From the NCBI GenBank assembly GCA_031547105.1, contig JAVBSJ010000008.1, positions 1-38,080 on the forward strand: a stretch of DNA of 38,080 nucleotides, in the 5' to 3' direction. Both the position numbers and the translations under genes were made by a program. This document shows positions 18,126-27,650 of the stretch, piece after piece. Numbering within the stretch: position 1 is the stretch's first letter; every line of letters starts with the position of its first letter. This DNA is from Oscillospiraceae bacterium. GTDB taxonomy: Bacteria; Bacillota; Clostridia; Oscillospirales; Butyricicoccaceae. The notes beneath the pieces were generated by a model. That model saw only the letters and a program-made list of their open reading frames with translations, ran no database searches and was not told where the DNA came from.

Positions 18126-18722
18126 GAGTTAGCCCCTCACCTCCCAAAAAAGACGTGCTTTTTTGGGAACTCCTTTATTTTAATAGCTCGGGGTGAGTAA
18201 ATCACCCCTGCGCGAACGGGCGCACAGCGATTCGCCCTATCGGGCTCACTTGTATGGCGCGACCAGCCAATCGCGCTATGCGCTCTTGGGGTCTTGCACA
18301 TCGCGCCCGGCTCACTCTCGTTCGCGCAAATGCCAGTGGCCTATTCTGCTACAGACATCATACAACATAAAGGCAAGCTATGGCAATGGGGTGTTTGTTT
18401 GACGGCAAAGCATACAAATAATGGAGAGGAAAATTAGGCAAAACGGATAAATTAAAACAATTGGTGATTTTCTTGATACATTTTGCGTTCTCATTCGTTT
18501 TATGTAATAGAGGGATATTTGTCCTCAAGTAAAAACGAGGGGTGTGGGGCCTATGATTGTGTGGAAGATAGTATGGATAAGCTTATTTTGTGGAAAGAGG
18601 TGATTACGTAAAGGACAATAATGCTGGGAATGAAAAGAAACATCAAGTAAAACGCACATCTGATTGCCAGAAGAGTAGATTTATTTTAGATACTAATGTA
18701 AAATAAAAAAAGGAGAATAAAG

Positions 18723-19637
18723 ATGATGAAAAATTTTTTGAGTATATTGCTAGTAGCAACATTGATGATGTCTACAGGTGTAACGGTATTGGCAGCAGAA
18801 TTTATTTCGGAAGCATCATATAAAAATGAAATTTCATATATGGCAAATGAAGAACTAGCGTCTGTAGAAGTCGAAACGCTATCTATTCAGCAGCAAGCTA
18901 TTTATAAGCAAGAAGTTATGAATAGGCTGGAAGGTGATGGCATTTTTATTATTGACGGAGTAGCGTATGACGGCCAAAATAACGTTATGGCTACTGGTGG
19001 AACAATAGGGCAGTATGTGACCGTGAACAGCGTAACCGCGTCAGGCAATGGATACAAAATCCGGTATACGGTAACGCAGAGTATGCCTATCTCTATTTCA
19101 CTTTGCTATCGTACAGCCCAAACAAGAGGGTATGGGGACTCCTTCATTACCATTCCCAAAACAGCAGGTACATACGAACATACTTTTGCTGTAGGCGGAC
19201 TTCTTTCTCAATGGAAAATTCAGTTCGAAGCAGACATATACGGATATTATGACAGCTTATTTGTGAAAACCGGATATGGTAGGCCTTCTAACAATGTAAG
19301 CACGACATATTATACAGTAACAGCCGCAGATGTCACGGCAAGAAATATAGCACTTACCGTATTAACTGTTGCGGGGGCGCTTAATTTTACGACTGTAGCA
19401 GGTGCAGCGGGAGCAAAGCTTATTGTTTATGCTATAACCGGAGTGAGTGTTATGACAATATGGGACCCTTTCCCAGCCCCTGTTAAAGATCAATATTTTG
19501 TTATATCTTATGCACTTAATGGTACGACTGGAGTATTGACTACAAGAATCCAAATGTGGAGTGACCGTCAGTCTTATAGCAATGGTATGCCAATAAAATA
19601 CGATAAGACACAGACAATGCAGATGCCGTCATTTTGA
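18723..19637 (+). CDS. Hypothetical secreted protein
   Basis: RBS AAGGAGAATAAAG. The signal peptide is MMKNFLSILLVATLMMSTGVTVLAAEF, and there is an internal hydrophobic Ala/Gly-rich segment near residue 210-240. The region is AT-rich and I recognise no family. Confidence 0.6.
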   Translation: MMKNFLSILLVATLMMSTGVTVLAAEFISEASYKNEISYMANEELASVEVETLSIQQQAIYKQEVMNRLEGDGIFIIDGVAYDGQNNVMATGGTIGQYVTVNSVTASGNGYKIRYTVTQSMPISISLCYRTAQTRGYGDSFITIPKTAGTYEHTFAVGGLLSQWKIQFEADIYGYYDSLFVKTGYGRPSNNVSTTYYTVTAADVTARNIALTVLTVAGALNFTTVAGAAGAKLIVYAITGVSVMTIWDPFPAPVKDQYFVISYALNGTTGVLTTRIQMWSDRQSYSNGMPIKYDKTQTMQMPSF

Positions 19638-19658
19638 TAATAGTTAAGGGATGATAAA

Positions 19659-19952
19659 ATGCAGAAAAGGCAGCTTTTTAGAATTGCAACAGGTCTGCTT
19701 GGCGTGGCGATGATTGTCTGCTGGAGCCTTGTATGGTTTGATGCACGCGATGCGGAAAACTTTTACGCTAACCCCGATCTGCCAATGCTAATATTGTCCT
19801 ACGTTTTTCTGGTGTGCGCCAGCTTGTCGCTTAATGCAGCTATATACGATTTCCGCAAGGATATCAATTATCGTAGTCCTCTGATTGTAGCCTTTATTAT
19901 GAATTTTTTGCCATACTTTCGTTCTCTGTACATACGCTTTTTCGCAGGATGA
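19659..19952 (+). CDS. Small membrane protein (3 TM)
   Basis: 97-aa hydrophobic ORF lying 21 nt after the preceding gene, with a GGGATGA-like RBS. Confidence 0.5.
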   Translation: MQKRQLFRIATGLLGVAMIVCWSLVWFDARDAENFYANPDLPMLILSYVFLVCASLSLNAAIYDFRKDINYRSPLIVAFIMNFLPYFRSLYIRFFAG

Positions 19953-19975
19953 CGAAGGGTAATTTTTAGCTGCAG

Positions 19976-20003
19976 AAGAGGATGGGCAGAAGCCCATCCT
20001 CTT
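19976..20003 (+). terminator. Hairpin terminator candidate
   Basis: 12-bp stem AAGAGGATGGGC / GCCCATCCTCTT with loop AGAA and only a short T-tail. Confidence 0.5.
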
Positions 20004-20058
20004 TGTAAAGCAATATAGCAGTTGTACTTAGTTTAAGGGACGATTAAAAGCGGAGGAC

Positions 20059-21123
20059 ATGCCGGTGCAGGGAAAGCAAATAAAACAAAGAAACAGAAGT
20101 CTTCTGATTAAGGCTGCACTGCCGGCTTTATGTGTTGCCTTGATTGTCGCGGGGCTTAATCTGTGGGAGAGCTACAAAACCCGCGGTTTCTACAAATATT
20201 TTGCAGAGGCGGGGGTCAGCATGGGCGAGCGTGGCACAAATACAAGATTAGGCAACGTCTTAATTGGCGATACATACTACTATCACCCATCAAAAGGCAA
20301 AGGCATTTACGCCTATACTCCCGGTAGGGGCAACGCGCTCCTGTTGTCAGGAAAGAGGTGCGATTATTACTTTGCCGTTGAGTGTGGGCAGCTTTTCTAC
20401 ACATTTGAGGACAGGCTGTACGCGCTGGAGCTGACAAGCGGTGAGACAAGAGTAATTTTTGACTTTGCCGAACATAATCCGGCTTTGGAAAAAGCGGAAA
20501 TAGATGGTTTTGCAGAAGAAGGAGTTTTGCGGTTGTCCTGTTTTTTGGACAGTGAGCAGGTCTACACGGAGCTTGACTTAGTCACCGCAAAGCTTTCTAT
20601 GCTGCCTGAAACGCCGCTTGGCATCACTGCTTATATCGGCGCACAAAAAATTGAAGTGACTCAAGAGCCTGGCGGGGCAGGTGAGCTGCATATAGGCGGA
20701 CAGCCTGTACTGCCCAAAGGGGCAGTATTCAGTGTTGATTCCCTATATAACGCCACAGAACGTGCCTTTGTGGCGCTATACAAGGTTGGAGGAAAGGACT
20801 TCGGCCGCGTTTTCATGGACAACGGAACGGCGGTTGACCTGCCGGGAGAAGTCGCCTCGGCTTACAAAGTTCTTGCAATCTGCGGCGACCGCACAGTTAT
20901 CCTCGGGCAGGAGAGCAGCCTGTATGGATATGATACGGCCACAGGGAAAGTGACACAGCTTGCGCAGGCAGGCGCGGTAACCGCGGTGACCTGCAATGAA
21001 AAATGGCTGTATGCCTTTTGCCCGCCGAATGGGGGGAGCATAGCCTGCTACAAGGTCATTATGGATGAGCGAGGAGCAGTGACCACACTTGAGAAAGTGA
21101 AAAGCAAAATCCCCCAATCATAA
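20059..21123 (+). CDS. Membrane-anchored hypothetical protein, beta-propeller-like (DUF5050-like) ectodomain
   Basis: An N-terminal signal-anchor (ALPALCVALIVAGL) is followed by repeated Tyr-rich strands (DTYYYH..GIYAY, DYYFAV..LFYTF..LYALEL..TRVIF) reminiscent of DUF5050 blades. The family assignment is tentative. Confidence 0.55.
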   Translation: MPVQGKQIKQRNRSLLIKAALPALCVALIVAGLNLWESYKTRGFYKYFAEAGVSMGERGTNTRLGNVLIGDTYYYHPSKGKGIYAYTPGRGNALLLSGKRCDYYFAVECGQLFYTFEDRLYALELTSGETRVIFDFAEHNPALEKAEIDGFAEEGVLRLSCFLDSEQVYTELDLVTAKLSMLPETPLGITAYIGAQKIEVTQEPGGAGELHIGGQPVLPKGAVFSVDSLYNATERAFVALYKVGGKDFGRVFMDNGTAVDLPGEVASAYKVLAICGDRTVILGQESSLYGYDTATGKVTQLAQAGAVTAVTCNEKWLYAFCPPNGGSIACYKVIMDERGAVTTLEKVKSKIPQS

Positions 21124-21143
21124 CGCGCAATAGTTATCCTTCC

Positions 21144-21170
21144 GCCCCCGCCGAAAGCTTCGGCGGGGGC
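21144..21170 (+). terminator. Intrinsic terminator
   Basis: GC-rich 12-bp stem GCCCCCGCCGAA / TTCGGCGGGGGC, followed by AGTATTTTATT. Confidence 0.75.
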
Positions 21171-21305
21171 AGTATTTTATTGGGCAATCCCCCTCTTTTT
21201 TACCCTATATTTACATTCCCTTACCTATAAGCTGCAAAACCCGAAAAACCGACGCAAATATAACAGTTTATTTGCTTTTGCCCTCCTTTTACGCCCCTTT
21301 TAGGG

Positions 21306-21334
21306 TTTACATTGCCAATTTCTTCTGATAAAAT
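21306..21334 (+). promoter_or_regulatory. SigA-type promoter candidate for nifJ
   Basis: TTTACA, a 17-nt spacer, then TAAAAT, lying ~55 nt upstream of the ATG. Confidence 0.5.
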
Positions 21335-21389
21335 ATATAAGGTTAAATAGTTGCTTTGTAGAATATATTTAAGGAGGATTCATCCACTA

Positions 21390-24300
21390 ATGGCAAGAAC
21401 AATGAAAACAATGGATGGCAATACCGCCGCCGCGCACGCCTCATATGCGTTTACCGACGTTGCCGCCATCTATCCTATCACGCCCTCCTCGGTCATGGCT
21501 GACCTGACCGACTCCTGGGCCGCCAACGGCCAGAAGAACATCTTCGGCCAGGAGGTCAAGGTTGTCGAAATGCAGTCCGAAGGCGGCGCGGCAGGCGCCG
21601 TCCACGGCTCCCTCGCCGCAGGCGCGCTGACAACCACCTTCACCGCCTCACAGGGTCTGCTGCTTATGATCCCCAACATGTACAAAATGGCCGGTGAGCT
21701 GCTGCCATGCGTTATTCACTGCTCGGCACGCGCCCTCGCCTCCCACGCCCTGTCCATTTTCGGCGACCATCAGGACGTTATGGCATGCCGCCAGACCGGA
21801 TTTGCCATGCTGGCATCCACAAACCCCCAGGAAGCTATGGATCTGGGCGCTGTCGCCCACCTTTCCGCCATCAAGGGCAGGGTTCCCTTCCTGCATTTCT
21901 TTGACGGCTTCCGCACCTCACACGAGCTGCAGAAAATCGAAGCATGGGACTATGCCGACCTTAAGGAAATGGTCGATATGGACGCCGTTCAGGCCTTCCG
22001 TGAGCATGCTTTGAACCCTGAGCATCCTGTCCAGAGGGGCTCTGCCCAGAACCCCGACATTTTCTTCCAGGCGAGAGAGGCTTCCAACATCTACTATGAT
22101 ACCCTCCCCGCCATCGTGGAGGAGAACATGGCAAAGGTCAATGCCAAGATCGGCACTGACTATCAGCTGTTCAACTACTACGGCGCGCCCGACGCAACCG
22201 ACGTTATCGTCGCCATGGGCTCTGTGGTTGACACCATCGAAGAGGTGGTCGATTACAAGCTGGCACAGGGCGAAAAGGTCGGCCTGCTTAAGGTTCGCCT
22301 GTACAGACCCTTTGTTTCCCAGAAGTTTGTCGCCGCTCTGCCCAAGACTGTCAAGCGCATTGCCGTTTTAGACAGAACCAAGGAGCCCGGCGCACAGGGT
22401 GAGCCTCTGTATCTGGACGTTGTCACAGCGTTTGCAAGAGAGAACGTCAGGATGGATCTTGTCACCGGCGGCCGCTACGGCCTCGGCAGCAAGGATGTGC
22501 CCCCCTCCAACGTGTTTGCAACCTATGCCAACCTGCAGGCGGACAAGCCCAAGATGACATTTACTGTCGGTATTGAGGATGATGTGACTAACCTGTCCCT
22601 CCCCCTTGATCCCAACGCACCCGACACCTCTGCCCAGGGCACTATCGCCTGCAAGTTCTGGGGTCTGGGCGGCGACGGCACTGTCGGCGCCAACAAGAAC
22701 TCCATCAAGATCATCGGCGACCATACAAACAAAAATGTTCAGGCCTACTTCGCATATGACTCCAAGAAGACAGGCGGCATCACCGTTTCCCACCTGCGCT
22801 TCGGCGACAAGGCCATTCGTTCCACCTATTTTGTCAGCAAGGCTGACTTTGTTGCCTGCCACAACCCCTCCTATGTCACAAAGTATGACATAGTGCAGGA
22901 CGTCAAGAAGGGCGGCACCTTCCTGCTCAACTGCCAGTGGACACCTGAGGAGCTGGATAAATATCTGCCCAACAAGATGAAGGCATATATCGCCAACAAC
23001 AACATCCAGTTCTACACCGTCAACGCTATCGAGCTCGCAAGAGAGCTTGGCATGGGCAAGCACACCAACACCATTCTCCAGTCGGCCTTCTTTAAGCTCG
23101 CCAACATCATGCCCACAGAGGAAGCTGTCGGCTATATGAAGGACGCCGCCAAGAAGTCCTACGGCAAGAAGGGCGACGATGTCGTCCAGATGAACTACAA
23201 CGCCATCGACGCCGGCGTCAACGCGCTGGTCAAGATCGACGTTCCCGCCGCATGGGCGGCCCTTAAGGATGACACCAAGGCTCCCGCAGTCAAGGGCAAT
23301 CGCCCCGAGCTGGTTGAGTTCGTCAAGGAAATCCTTATTCCCGTCTCCGCCCAGAAGGGTGATGAGCTGCCTGTTTCGGTCTTCTCCAAGAACCCCGACG
23401 GCACCTTCCCCTCCGGCAGCTCGGCTTATGAAAAGCGCGGCGTCGCCGTTGAGATTCCCCAGTGGATTCCTGAGAACTGCATCCAGTGCAACCAGTGCTC
23501 CTTTGTCTGCCCCCATGCAACCATCCGTCCCTACGCCATGACAGCTGACGAGGTGGCAAACGCCCCCGCCGGCCTCAAGACGGTCAAGATGATGGGCAAG
23601 GGCTGCGAAGAGTATCAGTTCACCGTATCCATATCCCCGCTGGACTGCATGGGCTGCAACCTCTGCGCCAATGTCTGCCCCTCTAAGAACAAGGCTCTCG
23701 TCATGGTTCCCCAGGAGACTGAGCTTGCACAGCAGGCGGTTTATGACTACACCCTTGAAAACGTCAGCGAGAAGGAGCTTCCCTTCGCTGTTGAGACCGT
23801 CAAGGGCAGCCAGTTCAAGACCCCGCTGCTTGAGTATTCGGGCGCTTGCGCAGGCTGCGTTGAAACTGCCTATGCCCGCCTGATTACCCAACTGTTCGGC
23901 GACCGTATGTATGTCGCCAACGCCACAGGCTGCTCCTCCATTTGGGGCGCTTCGGCACCTTCCATGCCCTATACTGTCAACAAGCAGGGCAGGGGTCCCG
24001 CATGGGCTAACTCCCTCTTTGAGGATAACGCCGAATACGGCCTCGGCATGGCTACCGCCATCAAGCAGATGAGAGCCCGTCTGTCCGACAAGGTCAAGAA
24101 GCTCATCGCTGTTGAGTATTGCGACGCCGACCTTAAGGCCGCGGGCGCAGAGTGGCTGGAAGCTATGAACGACGGCAAAAAGTCCCAGGCAGCTGCCGCC
24201 AAGCTGATCGCCGAGCTGGAAGCCTCCTGCTTCCCCGATCTGACCGGCACCCAGTGGGAGCAGGCCTATAAGGACAACGGCAGCAAGTGCCCCTGCGAGG

Positions 24301-25001
24301 CATGCACCCTGGGCCGCGAAATCCTTAAGGATAAGGACTTCCTGCAGAAGAAGACGGTTTGGATCTTCGGCGGCGACGGCTGGGCATATGACATCGGCTT
24401 CGGCGGACTGGATCATGTTCTGGCTTCCGGGGAGGACATCAACGTCTTCGTCTTTGATACTGAGGTTTATTCCAACACCGGCGGCCAGGCCTCCAAGTCG
24501 ACCCAGATCGGCCAGGTGGCGCAGTTCGCCGCAGCCGGCAAGGCCGTTGCCAAGAAGGATCTTGCCGCAATCGCAATGTCCTACGGCTACGTCTACGTCG
24601 CACAGGTGGGCATGGGCGCCAACCAGCAGCAGACCGTCCGCGCCATTGCCGAGGCGGAGAGCTACAACGGCCCCTCCATCGTCATCGGCTACGCCCCCTG
24701 CGAGATGCACGGCGTAAAGGGCGGCATGGCTAACTCCCAGGCCGAGATCAAGAACGCTGTTGATGCCGGCTACTGGCACCTCTTCCGCTATGATCCCAGA
24801 GTTGCGGCAGAAGGCAAGAACGGCTTCACCCTTGACAGCAAGGCTCCCACAGGCTCCTATAAGGACTTCCTGCAGAACGAGGTGCGCTACACTTCACTGA
24901 CAAGAACCTTCCCCGACAGGGCTACAGAGCTGTTCACACTGGCCGAAAAGACCGCCAAGGCCAAGTATGACCGCCTTGCCAAGCTGGCACAGAATGACTG
25001 A
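21390..25001 (+). CDS. nifJ: Pyruvate:ferredoxin (flavodoxin) oxidoreductase
   Basis: 1203 aa starting from ATG 21390, with AGGAGG upstream. The N-terminus MKTMDGNTAAAH..AIYPITPSS is typical of PFOR. Two ferredoxin-type clusters are present (CIQCNQCSFVCP and CMGCNLCANVCP), as is the TPP motif GGDGWAYDIGFGGLDH. The ORF-track start 21351 is an upstream in-frame extension. Confidence 0.95.
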   Translation: MARTMKTMDGNTAAAHASYAFTDVAAIYPITPSSVMADLTDSWAANGQKNIFGQEVKVVEMQSEGGAAGAVHGSLAAGALTTTFTASQGLLLMIPNMYKMAGELLPCVIHCSARALASHALSIFGDHQDVMACRQTGFAMLASTNPQEAMDLGAVAHLSAIKGRVPFLHFFDGFRTSHELQKIEAWDYADLKEMVDMDAVQAFREHALNPEHPVQRGSAQNPDIFFQAREASNIYYDTLPAIVEENMAKVNAKIGTDYQLFNYYGAPDATDVIVAMGSVVDTIEEVVDYKLAQGEKVGLLKVRLYRPFVSQKFVAALPKTVKRIAVLDRTKEPGAQGEPLYLDVVTAFARENVRMDLVTGGRYGLGSKDVPPSNVFATYANLQADKPKMTFTVGIEDDVTNLSLPLDPNAPDTSAQGTIACKFWGLGGDGTVGANKNSIKIIGDHTNKNVQAYFAYDSKKTGGITVSHLRFGDKAIRSTYFVSKADFVACHNPSYVTKYDIVQDVKKGGTFLLNCQWTPEELDKYLPNKMKAYIANNNIQFYTVNAIELARELGMGKHTNTILQSAFFKLANIMPTEEAVGYMKDAAKKSYGKKGDDVVQMNYNAIDAGVNALVKIDVPAAWAALKDDTKAPAVKGNRPELVEFVKEILIPVSAQKGDELPVSVFSKNPDGTFPSGSSAYEKRGVAVEIPQWIPENCIQCNQCSFVCPHATIRPYAMTADEVANAPAGLKTVKMMGKGCEEYQFTVSISPLDCMGCNLCANVCPSKNKALVMVPQETELAQQAVYDYTLENVSEKELPFAVETVKGSQFKTPLLEYSGACAGCVETAYARLITQLFGDRMYVANATGCSSIWGASAPSMPYTVNKQGRGPAWANSLFEDNAEYGLGMATAIKQMRARLSDKVKKLIAVEYCDADLKAAGAEWLEAMNDGKKSQAAAAKLIAELEASCFPDLTGTQWEQAYKDNGSKCPCEACTLGREILKDKDFLQKKTVWIFGGDGWAYDIGFGGLDHVLASGEDINVFVFDTEVYSNTGGQASKSTQIGQVAQFAAAGKAVAKKDLAAIAMSYGYVYVAQVGMGANQQQTVRAIAEAESYNGPSIVIGYAPCEMHGVKGGMANSQAEIKNAVDAGYWHLFRYDPRVAAEGKNGFTLDSKAPTGSYKDFLQNEVRYTSLTRTFPDRATELFTLAEKTAKAKYDRLAKLAQND

Positions 25002-25070
25002 TTAGTTATCTGACAGCGCCATACAGTTAAACCAAAGCGCCCCTTTCAATTTGAAAGGGGCGCTTTTTGC
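24942..25070 (+). repeat. Copy A of a diverged direct repeat (nifJ 3' end + 3' UTR + terminator)
   Basis: This segment aligns by eye with 27865-27993. See the findings for details. Confidence 0.8.
25037..25068 (+). terminator. Strong intrinsic terminator of nifJ
   Basis: 11-bp stem GCGCCCCTTTC / GAAAGGGGCGC followed by TTTTT. Confidence 0.88.
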
Positions 25071-25107
25071 GAGGAAAGCAAGCAGGTGTCGATTTGCGTA
25101 TTGGCAA

Positions 25108-25118
25108 GGGGGGGGGGG
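25108..25118. repeat. G11 homopolymer tract
   Basis: Eleven consecutive G in the intergenic region between the nifJ terminator and the stop of the convergent gene at 25176. Confidence 0.9.
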
Positions 25119-25175
25119 TAGCCTTATAAAAGGAAAAAGCCCTGAATAATGATGCGCACGGCGCAGCGCAAAAAG

Positions 25176-25688
25176 TTAAGCCCTGCTATTTTCTTTGCGC
25201 TTAAACCGCTTTCTGCATTTGTTGAGAAAAGAGGCAACGCTATATAGGATAAAGCTTCGCCAATATATCATAAAGCAGAGCCTGAGGCCCCCGGTCCATA
25301 CCAATTTTACTAATTCCGATTTAAACAGCATCGGATAATTCGTTCTGCTAAAAGCTATTTCGAATACAATTTCTATGATTGAAACCGCTGCTGCCACCGC
25401 AAAAGAAGCACCTAAAAGCTCGACCCATGAAAGCAATTTGAAGAAAACAAGGCCAACTCCCAAAGCTGCGCAAAGCTTGATACAAAAGTCGATGGCTCTT
25501 GCAGTGTGGGCAAGAAGCTTCTTTGCTTTCAGCTTGCGCATACAGGTATCGTAGTCTGATCCACCCTCGCCAAACGTTTCCAGCAGCATTTTGTGGTCAT
25601 TGCAGACAGCGTAAATATACATAATCTGCAGCAGTGCAAATGTAATGACAAAGAATATCAGGAAGAGAACCTTAATCCTTTTGCGCAT
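25176..25688 (-). CDS. Hypothetical 4-TM membrane protein
   Basis: 170 aa starting from ATG 25688, which is preceded by AAGGAAGGAGGGAAT. The region is AT-rich. The ORF-track extension to 25763 lacks an RBS. Confidence 0.55.
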   Translation of the reverse strand: MRKRIKVLFLIFFVITFALLQIMYIYAVCNDHKMLLETFGEGGSDYDTCMRKLKAKKLLAHTARAIDFCIKLCAALGVGLVFFKLLSWVELLGASFAVAAAVSIIEIVFEIAFSRTNYPMLFKSELVKLVWTGGLRLCFMIYWRSFILYSVASFLNKCRKRFKRKENSRA

Positions 25689-25770
25689 ATTCCCTCCTTC
25701 CTTCAAGCCTTGGAATTGCTGAAGACGAATGGCAGCATCATAGAACGGGCTGCAGGATGCCATGCGTATG

Positions 25771-27525
25771 CTACCGAAGCTCCGGAAGGCTGCTTAAATA
25801 CGCGCCCGCCCAAAGAGTTTCCATATCCCTGGTAACTCTGTCAATTTCGTATTCCGCAATGTCTCCCCAAAGGCCAAAGGCGTTTGTGGCGCGGGGCAAG
25901 AGCCCGGATATTTTGTCCAGGAGCTTAGTATCCTCAATAAGCTTGGCGCGGCTCCCCTCGTGAGCCATGCAGGCATACACCGCGTTTGCCGCTCCAAGCA
26001 GGGGGACATCGCTATTGCTAATATACTGTTGGGCTAGCTCGTAAACAGTTTCTCCGGAGGGAACCTCTCCCAGCCAAAGTCTTATGGCAGCGAAAAGCGG
26101 CCGATACCCGGGATTCGCCTGTCTAAAGGCTGTTGCCTCTGCGCTTTTGGTATTTTCCAGATCACCGATTTTTTCCAATATACTTTCGGCAAACCCAGCC
26201 GGAAGGGGTCTGTTTTCATCCGCGTGTTGCAGCGCCATCAAAAGCAAAAGCGCACTATTTGGGCACTTGTCCATTGATGATAAAAAATATCTCCAGGCGC
26301 TCTCCCTCTGGCCTTCGATATCGGGCAAACCGCTTTCCGCGCGCAATATCGCAAAATGGGCGGGGAAAGCACTTGGATAGGGATTAAACCTCAGTTTGCC
26401 CTCTATTTCACGGTACTCGGTTTGGCCATCAATATAAGTGGTAATTTTCTCTTTCCAGTCAGGGTCGTCCATGTATTTAAGCGCCAAAAGGCCAAACAAG
26501 CTAGTATGGGGATTACCGCCCAAACTCATATCCGCGAAAGTGCCGTCGCTGCATTCATGAGCAATAAAAATATCCAGAGTTTTGGAAAAATCAAAGTCTA
26601 TATCAAGTATGCCGCATATTCTCGCGCAGAGATATATGGCTTGGGGGTCGCCGCCCCACATAATCGTGGAGAGCTGTATGATACCGGGAACCTGAGGATG
26701 CCGCAAACGCTCCAAATATGCTGAGACGCGCTCTTTGCCGTCTGCCGGAAACCAACCCATACGCTCTGCGATGTAGGCATAACTAAACAAAGTAACAAGA
26801 TCCAGTTTGCCTTTTTCCATATCAGCATAGATTGTCTCTTCGTAAGCGTCCCAATGGGCGGATAAAAAATCATTATTGAGTTCTATATTAAAGCCAAGCT
26901 CCTCCTCGAGCAGCATAAGAATATATAGCCTGCCGTAAAAATCGACGAAATTGCCCGTGTGTTGCAAAGACTTCTCCCAGCTGTCTTTTGCTGTGGACAG
27001 AGCGGTAGACAGTCCTTGCTTGTCATAGGACAGGCCGGCTGCCTCATAAACTGACGCCGAATAATATATCAGAAGGGGATCCGCGGGGTTGTCTTTGTCA
27101 AGGGCAGCCGCCAAATCTCTGTTATTTTTTAGGGCGGCAACAAAAGCCTTGGAGTTCTGCAAATATGCCTTAAACAGACCTGTAAAATAAAAGCAGTCCT
27201 CATATGACATAATGTCACCGGGCATTGGATTTTCACCAAAATATATATTTTCTTGCATATATTCTCTGGCGTAGTTGGGGAATATGATTTTGCAGGCCTC
27301 ATTCATATAATAAGTGGAATACAAGGAGGAAGACACGGGCGGCTTCCCAAACCCCCCATCCCAGCTGATTTGGGCATTTAACCTGTCAAGGGGAGATATT
27401 TCTTCGCTGTAGCTGGGGAAAACCCAGGATGATTTATCGGTGTATGTTGTGTTTTGCGCGCAGGAAGAAAACATAAGCGCCGTCAAAAGCAGACATATGA
27501 GCTTTAAAAAACTGCTTTTGCTCAT
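25771..27525 (-). CDS. Hypothetical lipoprotein, helical-repeat (alpha/alpha-toroid-like) architecture
   Basis: Starting from ATG 27525 the N-terminus is MSKSSFLKLICLLLTALMFSSC-AQ, a signal peptide ending in Cys. Motifs such as SDGTFADMSLGGNPHTSLFGLLAL recall prenyltransferase/terpene-cyclase-type repeats. The fold call is tentative. Confidence 0.55.
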   Translation of the reverse strand: MSKSSFLKLICLLLTALMFSSCAQNTTYTDKSSWVFPSYSEEISPLDRLNAQISWDGGFGKPPVSSSLYSTYYMNEACKIIFPNYAREYMQENIYFGENPMPGDIMSYEDCFYFTGLFKAYLQNSKAFVAALKNNRDLAAALDKDNPADPLLIYYSASVYEAAGLSYDKQGLSTALSTAKDSWEKSLQHTGNFVDFYGRLYILMLLEEELGFNIELNNDFLSAHWDAYEETIYADMEKGKLDLVTLFSYAYIAERMGWFPADGKERVSAYLERLRHPQVPGIIQLSTIMWGGDPQAIYLCARICGILDIDFDFSKTLDIFIAHECSDGTFADMSLGGNPHTSLFGLLALKYMDDPDWKEKITTYIDGQTEYREIEGKLRFNPYPSAFPAHFAILRAESGLPDIEGQRESAWRYFLSSMDKCPNSALLLLMALQHADENRPLPAGFAESILEKIGDLENTKSAEATAFRQANPGYRPLFAAIRLWLGEVPSGETVYELAQQYISNSDVPLLGAANAVYACMAHEGSRAKLIEDTKLLDKISGLLPRATNAFGLWGDIAEYEIDRVTRDMETLWAGAYLSSLPELR

Positions 27526-27605
27526 GTATCTAAGGTTGATGCCGAGTAGGGCAATAACAGGCAAACGGCAAGCGTAATAGGGAGGATCTTAAATAAGTTC
27601 TTCAT
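27522..27605 (-). CDS. 27-codon upstream micro-ORF encoding a signal-peptide-like peptide
   Basis: AAAGGAGAAGAAGT precedes the ATG, giving MKNLFKILPITLAVCLLLPYSASTLDT*. The stop overlaps the lipoprotein ATG as ATGA. Confidence 0.25.
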   Translation of the reverse strand: MKNLFKILPITLAVCLLLPYSASTLDT

Positions 27606-27650
27606 ACTTCTTCTCCTTTATTTTTACTTTTTAAGTCCTGCACACTTATC

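Noticed and set aside
18193-18402. 69-aa ORF upstream of comM
   Set aside because: It has no RBS, and its Arg/Ser/His-rich composition comes from a GC-rich repeat-structured segment. I treated it as non-coding.
22368-24779. 803-aa ORF antisense to nifJ
   Set aside because: It lies entirely inside the well-supported PFOR gene. The translation is low-complexity (Gly/Ala/Leu/Val/Asp-rich) with no motifs, as expected from stop-codon depletion opposite a GC-rich, codon-biased gene.
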